DNA from: an uncultured Candidatus Micrarchaeota archaeon
Lineage (GTDB): Archaea; Micrarchaeota; Micrarchaeia; Anstonellales; Bilamarchaeaceae
Direction of reading: 5' to 3'
Length of the DNA stretch: 64,000 bases
NCBI GenBank assembly: GCA_963714085.1
Contig: OY970229.1
Coordinates: 448,001-512,000, forward strand
The translations under genes and the position numbers were made by a program. Under the pieces are notes generated by a model, which worked only from the letters and a program-made list of their open reading frames with translations, made no database searches and was not told the DNA's origin. The stretch's first letter is position 1. Every line of letters starts with the position of its first letter. This document shows positions 10,601 to 19,057 of the stretch, in pieces.

Positions 10601-12511
10601 TGCGTCGAGGCGGCCTCCCAGGGACTGGAGCAGGTTCTCGAGCTTGTCGCGCTTTTCGAACGGGGATAAGGAGGCGGACGAGAGTATTGCGTATATCTCG
10701 GATTCCGTAGCCGCCATCCTGCCAGAGCGCGAGTAGCCGGTTATCCTCACCGGGTCCACCACGCTGCTGGCCATGGCGAAGATTTCGTTGTCCGTCACCG
10801 CGGCGGCGTTGGTGCCAAGCTGCTTGTATATCCTTTTCAGCAGGTGGCGGTTCTGGTCCTGGCCCAGTTCCGTGAGGTGGACCTCGGCCTGGTGGCTCAT
10901 CCTCATGTTCACGGGCATGATCTCGCCGAGGTGGATCTTGCCGGGCTGCTTGGTGAGCTGGTTGTAGAGCGCAGCATAGGCCCCGGAGGACTTGGATCTC
11001 TCCTTGAGCGCGTCCATCGCGCCCTTGCCGCCCACGGTCGTCACCGCGAACTTGCCGGTCGCGCGGGCGAGATCCATGCCTTGCACAACACCTGCCTGCG
11101 TGCCTCTTGCGAGCATCTTGAGGGAACGCATCCCGGCGTCGTAGCTGCCCGTGACTATCGGGCCTGCGACTGCGAACTTGTCGACGCCGACGGCTCTCAA
11201 TGCGGTCTGTATCTTCTTGCCGGTCCTGGTGGACGCCTTGTTATTGAGTTCGGCAAGGCTCTGCAGGACGTCGTAGTTCTGCCTGAGTTCGACTCCGGTC
11301 CTTCCGAGCAACCGGACGTTGGGGTCCTTCGACATCTCGAGCTTCTTGAGCACCTGCCTGAGCGAGGCGTTGTCCTCTTTGCTGTACAGCTCGAACGGCT
11401 TTGCCAGCGCCCTTAGCGCTTTGGGATCGCCGCCGCCCTGCACGTATGCCAGCCCGACAGACTTGAATACTGCTGCCTCTTGGGCGCTCATTCTGCCTGC
11501 GAGTTTGCCCACTTCGGCCTTGCCTGCGGCCAGATTGGTCGCGGCCTTGCCTGCGGCCATGTCTTCCAATTGTTTGATTGTCGCCTGGTTGGCCTTGCCC
11601 TTGTTGATGTTCCATAGCGTATCGGCGACTTTCGCAGCAGCCGCGGCCTTGGCCTTGACTGTCCTATTCATCTCGCCGTAGCCGAACGGTGCGATTATCT
11701 GGCCGCCGGCCGCGAGCCCCTTCGGGGACGGAAGCTTCGGCGTGGTTATATCGAGCATGGTTATCGGCGATCTGCCGGAGAAGTACATGGACGCGAGCAG
11801 AAGGCCGAGTATTATGAATACCCCGAGGCAGGGTACGGTCTGCCCCTGCCCGGTGAGCGAGAGATTGGTCGCCACCGGCGCGAGCGCCATCGAGAGCGCT
11901 GATGTGAAGTTCGACGCGGCGGATGCGTTCGCAGAGCTCAGGGTCACGGACTGCACGGGCGCGACCAGCTGGTCTCCGGTAGCGGAGAGCACCCTTATCT
12001 GTATCGTGGTGCCGGCGTACAGCCCCTTGTCCACGGTGCAGGTGCCTGTCCAGAGCGGTATCTGGCCGCCCGTTATATTAACTATAGTGCCTGGCTGGTT
12101 CGCGGTGACCCTGCCGCAGCCGGTGATTGTGGACCATCCGGCGCCACCCTGCCTGTACGGGTTCCAGTACATGAAAGTGAAGTTCGCGTCCTCCAGGGAC
12201 GAGAAGGTGACTGGATATACCGCGTTGGACGAGAGTATCGTGCTCTTGGCCTGGATGCATTGGTTGATGTCCGGGCTTCCCTGGCACCCGGTGACTATGT
12301 CGTTGTACTGGGCCTGGACCGCGGATACCGCCGAGGAAGGCTGGTTCGCGGTGAAAACGAGCATTGACACGTTGATGACGTTGTCGGCGCTCCTCACCCA
12401 CAGCTGGCTTGTGACCTGCTGTGTGGTGGGCGTTTGGGCGATCGTTTGCGCTGACACGACGCTAAGTGACAGCAGCAGGAGCATCCCGAGCATCACGATA
12501 TTGAGTTTCAT
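7691..12511 (-). CDS. Large single-pass membrane protein (1606 aa) of unknown function
   Basis: Signal peptide, ~200-aa external part, TM near aa 228-245, long charged helical region, C-terminal CxC...CxC. Confidence 0.8.
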   Translation of the reverse strand: MKLNIVMLGMLLLLSLSVVSAQTIAQTPTTQQVTSQLWVRSADNVINVSMLVFTANQPSSAVSAVQAQYNDIVTGCQGSPDINQCIQAKSTILSSNAVYPVTFSSLEDANFTFMYWNPYRQGGAGWSTITGCGRVTANQPGTIVNITGGQIPLWTGTCTVDKGLYAGTTIQIRVLSATGDQLVAPVQSVTLSSANASAASNFTSALSMALAPVATNLSLTGQGQTVPCLGVFIILGLLLASMYFSGRSPITMLDITTPKLPSPKGLAAGGQIIAPFGYGEMNRTVKAKAAAAAKVADTLWNINKGKANQATIKQLEDMAAGKAATNLAAGKAEVGKLAGRMSAQEAAVFKSVGLAYVQGGGDPKALRALAKPFELYSKEDNASLRQVLKKLEMSKDPNVRLLGRTGVELRQNYDVLQSLAELNNKASTRTGKKIQTALRAVGVDKFAVAGPIVTGSYDAGMRSLKMLARGTQAGVVQGMDLARATGKFAVTTVGGKGAMDALKERSKSSGAYAALYNQLTKQPGKIHLGEIMPVNMRMSHQAEVHLTELGQDQNRHLLKRIYKQLGTNAAAVTDNEIFAMASSVVDPVRITGYSRSGRMAATESEIYAILSSASLSPFEKRDKLENLLQSLGGRLDASYLHMRSEVDKIRNDSAEGHVKMIMINELFDRENSARRGAGVGEAMLGDEYHCLVGRLGYLHGSDPWEVALFRKQIDDISNGHATKDVTLKDFMNALRVELENKWMTLNPAAIGADLLPEFMRDTGMRQKKTEENRKLLASLITDKGEEALKYLTDGKRNKDTATMDDFMHVLSGAEYMIKKRGLINEGGGVLRDPTTGKAVWYEDESAIGPQKGWFKTRMEQQWLNGIDTRELQLTTGTATQGKFDRSFVRPTNNSLQAELDRAGARTWSPEKLEFETKKAWARDLFEKTLHNTFSDRYAQNSYGNTTNESARYLTSASAAMLTKALREMGYEENHTDLRFLNSMDVTSPKDMERFRYMIGTLYKKQYEEVLKRGVSVDDLSKGVWVMTHEGTYIPYRENMPVSDNDRVLGGVVSIHDGKGWRRFSPEDVPVRFKGEMDLEWKRVMNSSDKTVWEPFINNLIEQTRPNGKGGNYEAEKVLAAVLWKYSNATYDYQTYWNKSAVKLVPRNQTTPLTPDALRAFGSDVPKLAKTLKPFHDFGQLVGDFLVNTAISGTGNLYTRSYDITPKTQLLKMYSWRLSTDILTSDMDELLQGVTSEADRRHLSAAYRSMALAHGAFHQVWAVTIDRSPWRNSTSHGAQQAWASAFQYGPNMTFSLQSTLSAYMSKGEYFAFMAQGGWAAALGRHAIMPYQKAIAGPQRSIQGYASSWDWDVQDALRPYGNHTSPRLLEAMRGYNPLSVSQSNGMFSRALQKANVYESRAEKAQLAGYDHSKGLYQDFASIQTVYKGPAAIARTRLANPSASYTDTRGIEQLEPAMAEYALMSMGGMSGFYMHDDYVRKMGMTDIIRRPVAVEVLAMRREQELASFGMLNNPLYTFFNPLLFAYHMGVPGYPSTLSPKEMIYNFVNRWRNPDPSRKGGLEQSVNSLVQRGGAALNRAVSPQMASRQRYCRCGRSGQMGTMCACGLRL

Positions 12512-12626
12512 AGACTAGAACGCGTTTTGCCGCTATTTAAATACCTACGGTTGCGATAGGATTAAATACTACAAAAACTACAATAATTGTAGTATGTAGT
12601 TATAAAAACTGCATACGGGTGATTGC

Positions 12627-13673
12627 ATGAAGGGCGCGAACCCTTTTACACCGTGGGGCGCAGGGCCCCAGGATTTCATAGACAGGAAACCTGAGATGGA
12701 AATGTACGGAAGTTTTCTTAAGGCGATCGGAGGCGGCATGAGCGAGGTGCTGCTGGTGGCCGGAGCGCCGGGGAGCGGAAGGAGCGCGCTCCTGCGCAGG
12801 CTGCAGCAGGAATCCACGAAGGCCGGCGTGTTCGCTCCGCTGGTCTCAGCCGGCGACGGCGAGAGGTTCCCGTCCTTCCTCTCCAAGCTCTCCTCCGAGC
12901 TGCTCGCCTACGCCCAGGAGAAGGAGGGCGAGGGCGCGCTTTCGGACAGGATGCTTTCCGGGCTGAAATCGGCTGCCGGCGGGGAGGACATGCTGCTCTC
13001 GTTCGCCCGCATGGCGCTCAAGCACGCGGGAGGCATGGTCCTCCTGGTTGACGACGCGGACAGGCTCGGGAGGCCGGACGAACTCATCCAGTTCGTGACC
13101 AGGATGATGAAGGTCGCCATCGCCGAGCGGCTCAGGTTCGGCTTCCTGCTCTCGTTCAGCGAGGGCTTCAGGAGATTCTCTGCCATGGGCAGGGAGATGC
13201 GGCTCGGCCCGTTCGAGGAGCACGACCTCAGGGAGATGGTGGATGGCGCGCTGAAGAAAGGCCCGAAGATGGGGGAGGAGTGCTTCAGGACGCTGAACAG
13301 CGAATCCGAGGGCAACCCGCTTGTCGCAAAGACGATATGCTGGGTGATATACGATAGGCTGCCGGACAACGAGAGGATAATAACGCAGAGGCACTACCTG
13401 ACGTACTATCCGGCGGTGATGAGCACGCTGTCCAGGGAGTTCTTCGACAGGCTTTACCTCGAGCTGCCCGGTTCCGAGAGGGAGGTCCTGCGCGCCTTCG
13501 CCTCCGCCGGAAAGCCTGCTTACATCTCCGACATCGCGAGGGCGCTCGGCAAGCGCCACGCGACCACGCTCGCGCTGCGGCTGGTGGAGCGCGGGCAGCT
13601 GGTGAGGGTGGATAGGGGCTTGTACAAAGTGTTCACTAAGTTATATGGAAGATATGTACTCCAGAGGGGATGA
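12627..13673 (+). CDS. Archaeal AAA/STAND-type ATPase with C-terminal winged helix
   Basis: NPF..G...FIDR N-terminus, variant Walker A GAPGSGRS, Walker B LLVDDAD, GNP motif, wHTH tail. Confidence 0.85.
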   Translation: MKGANPFTPWGAGPQDFIDRKPEMEMYGSFLKAIGGGMSEVLLVAGAPGSGRSALLRRLQQESTKAGVFAPLVSAGDGERFPSFLSKLSSELLAYAQEKEGEGALSDRMLSGLKSAAGGEDMLLSFARMALKHAGGMVLLVDDADRLGRPDELIQFVTRMMKVAIAERLRFGFLLSFSEGFRRFSAMGREMRLGPFEEHDLREMVDGALKKGPKMGEECFRTLNSESEGNPLVAKTICWVIYDRLPDNERIITQRHYLTYYPAVMSTLSREFFDRLYLELPGSEREVLRAFASAGKPAYISDIARALGKRHATTLALRLVERGQLVRVDRGLYKVFTKLYGRYVLQRG

Positions 13674-13677
13674 GCCG

Positions 13678-14781
13678 TTAGAACACGACGGTGTCCCCGC
13701 CCCGGGATTTCGCGGTCTCCAACAGGCGTACGCATGCGTCGAGCATCCCGTGCCAGAGGCTTCCGCCCTTGTCCGTGGGGTTCGAGCTATGTGCGACCGC
13801 GAAGCTGCAGGTCACCATCACTCCGCCGGAGTGAGGAAGCTGGAGCTCGACCGGTAGTTTTGCGATCTCCTGCCTCAGCAGGTCCGCCATCTCAGCGGCC
13901 TCCTTGAGGGTCTTCGGAAGGATGAGCACGAATTCGTCGTGCTTCAGCCCGGGGTTCGAGACGGCTTCGGCGTCTTTCCTCACACCGTCCAGGAATTTGT
14001 TCTTGCCTGGCCTGAATATCACGCTGCCTTTGTAGCCGCAGGCTGCGAGCAGGTTGCGGAGCCTGTCCGCGACAGCGGCGAGCACCATGTCACCGGCCGC
14101 GGAGCTATGGTTCTGATTTATGGTCTTGAGTCGGTCGATGTCGGCGACCAAGAGACAGAATTCCCTCCCGTCCTTACGAAGATCGTTCTCCGCAGCTGCT
14201 GCGGCGGCTTCGAGCATATCTTTGTTCGGGAGCAGCGTGAGGCGGCCGATGCGCGATCCTAGGACGGTGCCGAAGAGGACGCTCAGCTGGTGGAAGATCG
14301 CCTGTTCCTCGATGTCCGCTGCTTCCGATGGGCTTGCTAGACCGCCGCGGAGCATCGGATGAGCCTCGGAGAATAGCGTCATATTGCTGACCAGCCCCGG
14401 CTTGGGGCGTATGAGCAGGGAGGTCTCGAGCGTGTGTTTCAGGCGCGCGTCATCCTCGTCTTCCGGAACCTGGTGTATGCCGCTTATCGTCCCATCCTGC
14501 ACGAAACCGTGCACGCGCCGCGAATACCCAGCCCTCGACGACTCATTCAGCAGCTCGACCGCCTTCACTTCCCGGAATATGGCAGGGACCAGCTCCATGA
14601 GCTCGAGGATGCTCGAGCTTCGGGCGCGTTCTGCGATCATGCGCTTCGCGTTTGCATAGCCCATGGAAGGGGATGCGGGCTCCACGAGCGGCAGGTCCCC
14701 GCTCCGGAACATGTTCCTGCGCCTGGTCCGGATGCTTTGCGTTTGAGCTCGGATAAGGTCGGGCGGTTTTGTTTCGGCCAT
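13678..14781 (-). CDS. Degenerate GGDEF-domain protein
   Basis: LLVADIDRLKTINQNHSSAAGDMVL, HDEFVLILP, VTCSFAVA, AKSRGGD. Start set at ATG 14781 because the longer ORF runs into the tRNA. Confidence 0.75.
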   Translation of the reverse strand: MAETKPPDLIRAQTQSIRTRRRNMFRSGDLPLVEPASPSMGYANAKRMIAERARSSSILELMELVPAIFREVKAVELLNESSRAGYSRRVHGFVQDGTISGIHQVPEDEDDARLKHTLETSLLIRPKPGLVSNMTLFSEAHPMLRGGLASPSEAADIEEQAIFHQLSVLFGTVLGSRIGRLTLLPNKDMLEAAAAAAENDLRKDGREFCLLVADIDRLKTINQNHSSAAGDMVLAAVADRLRNLLAACGYKGSVIFRPGKNKFLDGVRKDAEAVSNPGLKHDEFVLILPKTLKEAAEMADLLRQEIAKLPVELQLPHSGGVMVTCSFAVAHSSNPTDKGGSLWHGMLDACVRLLETAKSRGGDTVVF

Positions 14782-14889
14782 GGGATCGTGCTCTGGTTTC
14801 AGGTCTATGGTTGAGGCTGGGCGGAATTTTGTTATGTAGTAGTATATGGATAAGAAGAGTTTAAAAAGACAGGACTCCGGGGTGGGATT

Positions 14890-14975
14890 CGCCGAGGGGG
14901 TGATTTGAACACCCAAGCCTCGTGAGAGGCACAAGGTTAGCAACCTTGCGCACTACCGGGTTATGCGACCTCGGC
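14890..14975 (-). tRNA. tRNA-Ser(GCT)
   Basis: Acceptor GCCGAGG/CCTCGGC, anticodon arm CAAGG-TTGCTAA-CCTTG, long variable arm, T-loop GTTCAAATC. Confidence 0.95.
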
Positions 14976-15038
14976 GTCAGATGAAAGCGAACCGGTTTAG
15001 TATCAGAAAATCATTTAAAGGCGAACCCGGCCGGGAGT

Positions 15039-16226
15039 TCACACCACGGTTCCCCAGGCGGAGAGCCTCCACCGCTGGCCGACCCGCTTGCTGAGCGCGA
15101 CCTTGGTGCCCTTCTCCGCGACCACCGGCTTCTTGAGCAGCACGGTCGCCACGCCTTTGGCGAGATTGGTTATCGCGCCCACGCCGGTCGCGGTGTGCAC
15201 GTTGAGCACCACCGGCTCGCCGTCGCGGAGGGGCGCTATCTCGGTGTCCGTGCGCTTGAGCATCTCGTATTTCACTTTCACGGTGTTGGCCGCGTCCGGG
15301 AGCTCGCCCGGCCTGCCTATCATCGAGCCCACGAGCGCGTCGGATTTCGTTATGGACGGGTCTATGGACGTCCCCACCGCGATGAGGCCGCCGGGCTTGG
15401 CGACCTCGAGCGTCTCGTTCTCCTCCATTATGCTCCTGGCCTCGCAGGCCACGGTGATCGGCGGGCCGCCCGCTTTCCGGACGATGCCCGGCTTTATCTC
15501 TATCTTCTCGCCGGATTTGAGCACGCCCTGCACTATGGAGCCGCCCAGCACGCCCCCGTTCAGCGATGATATCTTCGTGCCCGGCTTGTTGACGTCGAAT
15601 GAGCGCGAAACGTACATGCGCAGCGGCGCGGCCTCGTCCCGCTTGGGGGTCGGTATGCGCTCCTCGATCCTGGCCACCAGCTCGCCGATGTTGAGCTTGT
15701 AATTCGATGATACGGGCACTATCGGGGAGCTCTCCGCGACGCTTCCTTTGAGGAACTTCTTTATCTGCGCGTAGTTCTCCAGCGCCTTCTCCTTCGACAC
15801 CAGGTCGATCTTGGTCTGCACCACTATTATGTTCTTCACGCCCATGGACTCGAGCACGATGAGGTGCTCCACGGTCTGGGGCTGGGGGCATGGCTCGTTC
15901 GCCGCTATGAGGAACAGCGCGGCGTCGAGGAGGTTCGATGCCGCGATGACCGCGGTCATGAGCGTCTCGTGGCCCGGCGCGTCTATTATGGATATCTTTC
16001 TCCTGAACTCGGCCTTACCGCCGCAGTCGCACGTGTCCTGCACGGTGTACTTGCCGCACTTGGAGCACTGGTAGACCTTGAAGTCGGCATAGCCCAGCCG
16101 GATGGATATGCCTCTCTTTATCTCTTCAGAATGCGTGTCGGTCCATTTACCGGTGAGCGCAGATGTCAGGGTGGTCTTGCCATGGTCCACATGGCCGAGC
16201 ATCCCTATGTTCAGTTCAGCCTGCAA
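15039..16226 (-). CDS. eif2g: Translation initiation factor 2 gamma subunit
   Basis: GHVDHGKT, RGISI, DAPGHE, QTKID, Zn knuckle; TTG start. Confidence 0.97.
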   Translation of the reverse strand: MQAELNIGMLGHVDHGKTTLTSALTGKWTDTHSEEIKRGISIRLGYADFKVYQCSKCGKYTVQDTCDCGGKAEFRRKISIIDAPGHETLMTAVIAASNLLDAALFLIAANEPCPQPQTVEHLIVLESMGVKNIIVVQTKIDLVSKEKALENYAQIKKFLKGSVAESSPIVPVSSNYKLNIGELVARIEERIPTPKRDEAAPLRMYVSRSFDVNKPGTKISSLNGGVLGGSIVQGVLKSGEKIEIKPGIVRKAGGPPITVACEARSIMEENETLEVAKPGGLIAVGTSIDPSITKSDALVGSMIGRPGELPDAANTVKVKYEMLKRTDTEIAPLRDGEPVVLNVHTATGVGAITNLAKGVATVLLKKPVVAEKGTKVALSKRVGQRWRLSAWGTVV

Positions 16227-16236
16227 AGAGGGTCAC

Positions 16237-16632
16237 CTATTTCTTCTCCTGCTTCTTCTCGGTTTTCGGGAAGAACTGCTCGAGGGGGGTCGCGCCTGCG
16301 GCCACGACCTTGGCGTTCACCTGCGCGGTGTCCGCTGAGAACGTGTTGCCGCGCATCATGCGCCTCTGCCTCTCGCCGTTGCGCTTGGTGTGGAAGCCCA
16401 CGCCTTCGCTGACGAGCACCGCGACCTTTCTCTGACCGGGTATCTCCTCCCTCATTGGGAAGCCGGAGTTGTCCGATCCGCCCGTGAATTCGAGCTGGTA
16501 TCCGGCCGCGCCGAGCACTCCGCCATCCAGCTTGTCGCCGATCTTCTTGCCGGCTATGTGCGCCTCGTGCTCCTTGGAGACTTCCGCCTGGTAGCTTTTT
16601 CCTGTCTTAGGGTCCGATATCACTATGCGCAT
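16237..16632 (-). CDS. rps6e: 30S ribosomal protein S6e
   Basis: ISDPKTGKSYQ, TGGSDNSGFPMR, GER.R...RGN; upstream of eif2g. Confidence 0.95.
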   Translation of the reverse strand: MRIVISDPKTGKSYQAEVSKEHEAHIAGKKIGDKLDGGVLGAAGYQLEFTGGSDNSGFPMREEIPGQRKVAVLVSEGVGFHTKRNGERQRRMMRGNTFSADTAQVNAKVVAAGATPLEQFFPKTEKKQEKK

Positions 16633-16728
16633 AACGATCCACCTCATGAACAGAATCTGGAGTAGAATCTAGGAATGAGTTTATAGAAGTTTAATTTAAA
16701 AAGTAATAGGAAAAAAAAGGGGAAGGAT

Positions 16729-16944
16729 TTACGCGTTCTTCAGCTTCGCCTTGTAAACGTATCCGTCCTTGCCGAGGAAGTACATCCAGCCGGACTCTTT
16801 CGAGATCTTCTCGTTTCCGACTTTCTTTTTCCTGCCTTTCTTGTTGTGCTTCATCGGAGCTGCCCAAACGAAACCGTCTTTACCTACGTAGTAAAGATAG
16901 CCGTCCTCCCGCGAAATCTTTTCTGATCCGATTCTTGTTCCCAT
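16729..16944 (-). CDS. Small basic protein with an internal duplication
   Basis: Two copies of EKIS[RK]E.G[YW][LM]Y[YF].GKDG[FY]V; GGAGGGTGA RBS; T-rich tract downstream. Confidence 0.8.
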   Translation of the reverse strand: MGTRIGSEKISREDGYLYYVGKDGFVWAAPMKHNKKGRKKKVGNEKISKESGWMYFLGKDGYVYKAKLKNA

Positions 16945-17111
16945 CTTGTCACCCTCCAAATGCCTCTTTTTCCACGGGGCGAAGACGTCGTAAAAACCGT
17001 GGCATGGGCTATTACAGAGATATAATTTATAAAGCTTTCGACGGTGGAACGACGGTGAAAATGGGTTTTCCTGATGGGGATTTTTAAAGGCAGCCTGACA
17101 AAATAAGGAAT

Positions 17112-17375
17112 ATGTTCGAATTGTTCGCGAGGCCCAAGCCTTGCCGCATCATGGTGACGCTCAAGGACCCGACCAATACGTGGTACCTCTCGAAAATAGC
17201 GGTCAGCACCGGCACCACCTACGTCTATGTCACGAAGCTGGTGTCCAAGCTCGAGAAGAGCGGCTACCTGCAGATAGAGGCCAAGGGCAAGAAGAGGGTA
17301 GTGAAGCTCACCGAGCGCGGGCTCCTCGTCGCCAACGCGATAACGGATTTGAACAGCAGGCTGGACACCAAATAG
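17112..17375 (+). CDS. MarR-like winged-helix transcriptional regulator
   Basis: HTH followed by LEKSGYL...GKKRVVKLTERG. Confidence 0.85.
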   Translation: MFELFARPKPCRIMVTLKDPTNTWYLSKIAVSTGTTYVYVTKLVSKLEKSGYLQIEAKGKKRVVKLTERGLLVANAITDLNSRLDTK

Positions 17376-17383
17376 GTGACCGC

Positions 17384-17830
17384 ATGGCCGATCGTCTCGT
17401 TAACGGCTTATTGATCGGCCTCGCCTTTGTCGCTATCGGAGCATGGCTCATGTACTCCGATTATGTGGCATCGACATGGAATCCGGTCGAGGGCCGAATA
17501 ATATCGTCTGCTGTGGCTACCATCAGTCCAGAAGGCGTCTATGGGAGGACCACATACCAGGCTGACATCCAATACGGATATTCGGTCGGAGGGAAAGAAT
17601 ACACGGGCAGCTGCTGCCAGGAAGTCAGCACCAACGCCGGCGATGCAGGGGAGATGGTCAATAAGCATAGTCCGAACGATACGGCGCAGATAATGGTCGA
17701 CCCGAACGATCCGAACCAGTCCAAGCTCACGGACGACATCCAGCCATCTAACTGGGTGCACATCATGATGATATTGGTAGGCGTTCTCCTCATTGCGGCC
17801 TACGTTTACTTACGACAGCGATCTAAATAG
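17384..17830 (+). CDS. DUF3592-like two-TM membrane protein
   Basis: W..VEGRIISS, Y.Y.VGGKEYTG, VDPNDP..S; GGTGA RBS before ATG 17384. Confidence 0.8.
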   Translation: MADRLVNGLLIGLAFVAIGAWLMYSDYVASTWNPVEGRIISSAVATISPEGVYGRTTYQADIQYGYSVGGKEYTGSCCQEVSTNAGDAGEMVNKHSPNDTAQIMVDPNDPNQSKLTDDIQPSNWVHIMMILVGVLLIAAYVYLRQRSK

Positions 17831-17838
17831 GAAAAAAA

Positions 17839-18321
17839 TCACACTACCCTTATGCTCGTCTTCCTCTGCACAGAGGCGTAGACCTTGTTGTAGTCCTGGT
17901 AGTGCGCGTAGGCGCTGACATCCATCATGTAGTCGCCGGCCGCGGTCTGGTTGCTCGCCCACACGGGGATCGAGACCTCCTTCGTCTCCCCGGGCTGCAC
18001 CTCGCCGACCTTCTTCTCCGTCATCTTGTTGATGCAAGCCGGGTCGAAGCCGACCAGCTCCTTCCTCGGGAGCAGGACATCCACGGACACGAGCTGCGGG
18101 TCGTTGGTTATGTTCGTGAGCCTCACCACGAGATTGACCGAGTTCGCCTTCATCGCGCTCAGGCGCAGCGGGAGGAACGATGTTGATATCCTGAACGGCA
18201 CGACCGGGACTCGCTTGGAGGCGTCGCTGGTCACGGACGCCTTGGACTCCTTGCTCGCCCTACTGCCTTCCTTCCCGAACTTCCTCTCCTCCTCACCCAA
18301 AAGCGAATCCAGAAAACCCAT
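17839..18321 (-). CDS. Hypothetical protein (Ig-like beta domain)
   Basis: Host-like codon usage; beta-rich, GEVQPGETKEVSIPV. Confidence 0.65.
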   Translation of the reverse strand: MGFLDSLLGEEERKFGKEGSRASKESKASVTSDASKRVPVVPFRISTSFLPLRLSAMKANSVNLVVRLTNITNDPQLVSVDVLLPRKELVGFDPACINKMTEKKVGEVQPGETKEVSIPVWASNQTAAGDYMMDVSAYAHYQDYNKVYASVQRKTSIRVV

Positions 18322-18373
18322 TTTATCACCAAAGGCACGGAAACCGATTGTTGCCTGCTTATATCATATGTAG

Positions 18374-18922
18374 TTAGAATATTAAAACTGCCGCCGCGAG
18401 CACGGAGGTCCATTTGCCGTTCTTGTCGGATATCGCGGACTGCGTCACGTTGCTCGTGCGCACCATCTTGCCGGACATCTTGAAATATTTCTCCCTCTCG
18501 TTCCAAGCGGTCTCCGTGTCGAAGTCGATGCCGAGCGTGGACGCGAGCATGGACGCTGCCAAATCCTCGGCGTAATCCGCCGCCTTCTTCTCGGTCTGGC
18601 CGAACGCGTGGTGCTCGCTCAGGTAGCCGTACATCTTCTTGTTGGCCGGGACCGCGCTACCTACGCTGGTGACGAGCAGGCGGTTCGGCTCGTTGCAGGA
18701 CGCGCGGGACATCACGAGGAAGACGACCTGCCCGGGCTTGAGGTGCTTGAGCCCCTCCTTCTTGGATATTATCTTGGCGTTCGGCGGCAGGATGGACGAG
18801 ACGGACACGAGGTTGTATGGCGCTATGCCCGCGTCCCTGAGCGCCATCTCGAACGAATGCAGCTGGTCCTTGCTCTTCCCCGCACCTTTCGTGAAGAAAA
18901 TCTTCGTCGGCACAAAATCCAT
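18374..18922 (-). CDS. pdaD: Pyruvoyl-dependent arginine decarboxylase
   Basis: SFEMALRDAGIAPYNLVSVSSILPP self-cleavage motif; GYLSEHH. Confidence 0.93.
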   Translation of the reverse strand: MDFVPTKIFFTKGAGKSKDQLHSFEMALRDAGIAPYNLVSVSSILPPNAKIISKKEGLKHLKPGQVVFLVMSRASCNEPNRLLVTSVGSAVPANKKMYGYLSEHHAFGQTEKKAADYAEDLAASMLASTLGIDFDTETAWNEREKYFKMSGKMVRTSNVTQSAISDKNGKWTSVLAAAVLIF

Positions 18923-19057
18923 TAGATCACATCGCAGCTACTGTTTTGCCATTCCCTGTTTTTTCTAAGATTTTTTCCCGCTACCTTCTAAAAGAAAAGT
19001 GTTTTTTAATCTTTGCTGGATGATTATACGAAAATCCAACGTGTCAGGGTGGGAACC

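Noticed and set aside
14782..14943. N-terminal extension of the GGDEF ORF in the track
   Set aside because: It overlaps tRNA-Ser and an AT-rich promoter region; ATG 14781 is the more plausible start.
13678..14975. GGDEF gene as a tRNA-Ser-integrated element
   Set aside because: I could not find a duplicate of the tRNA-Ser 3' end downstream.
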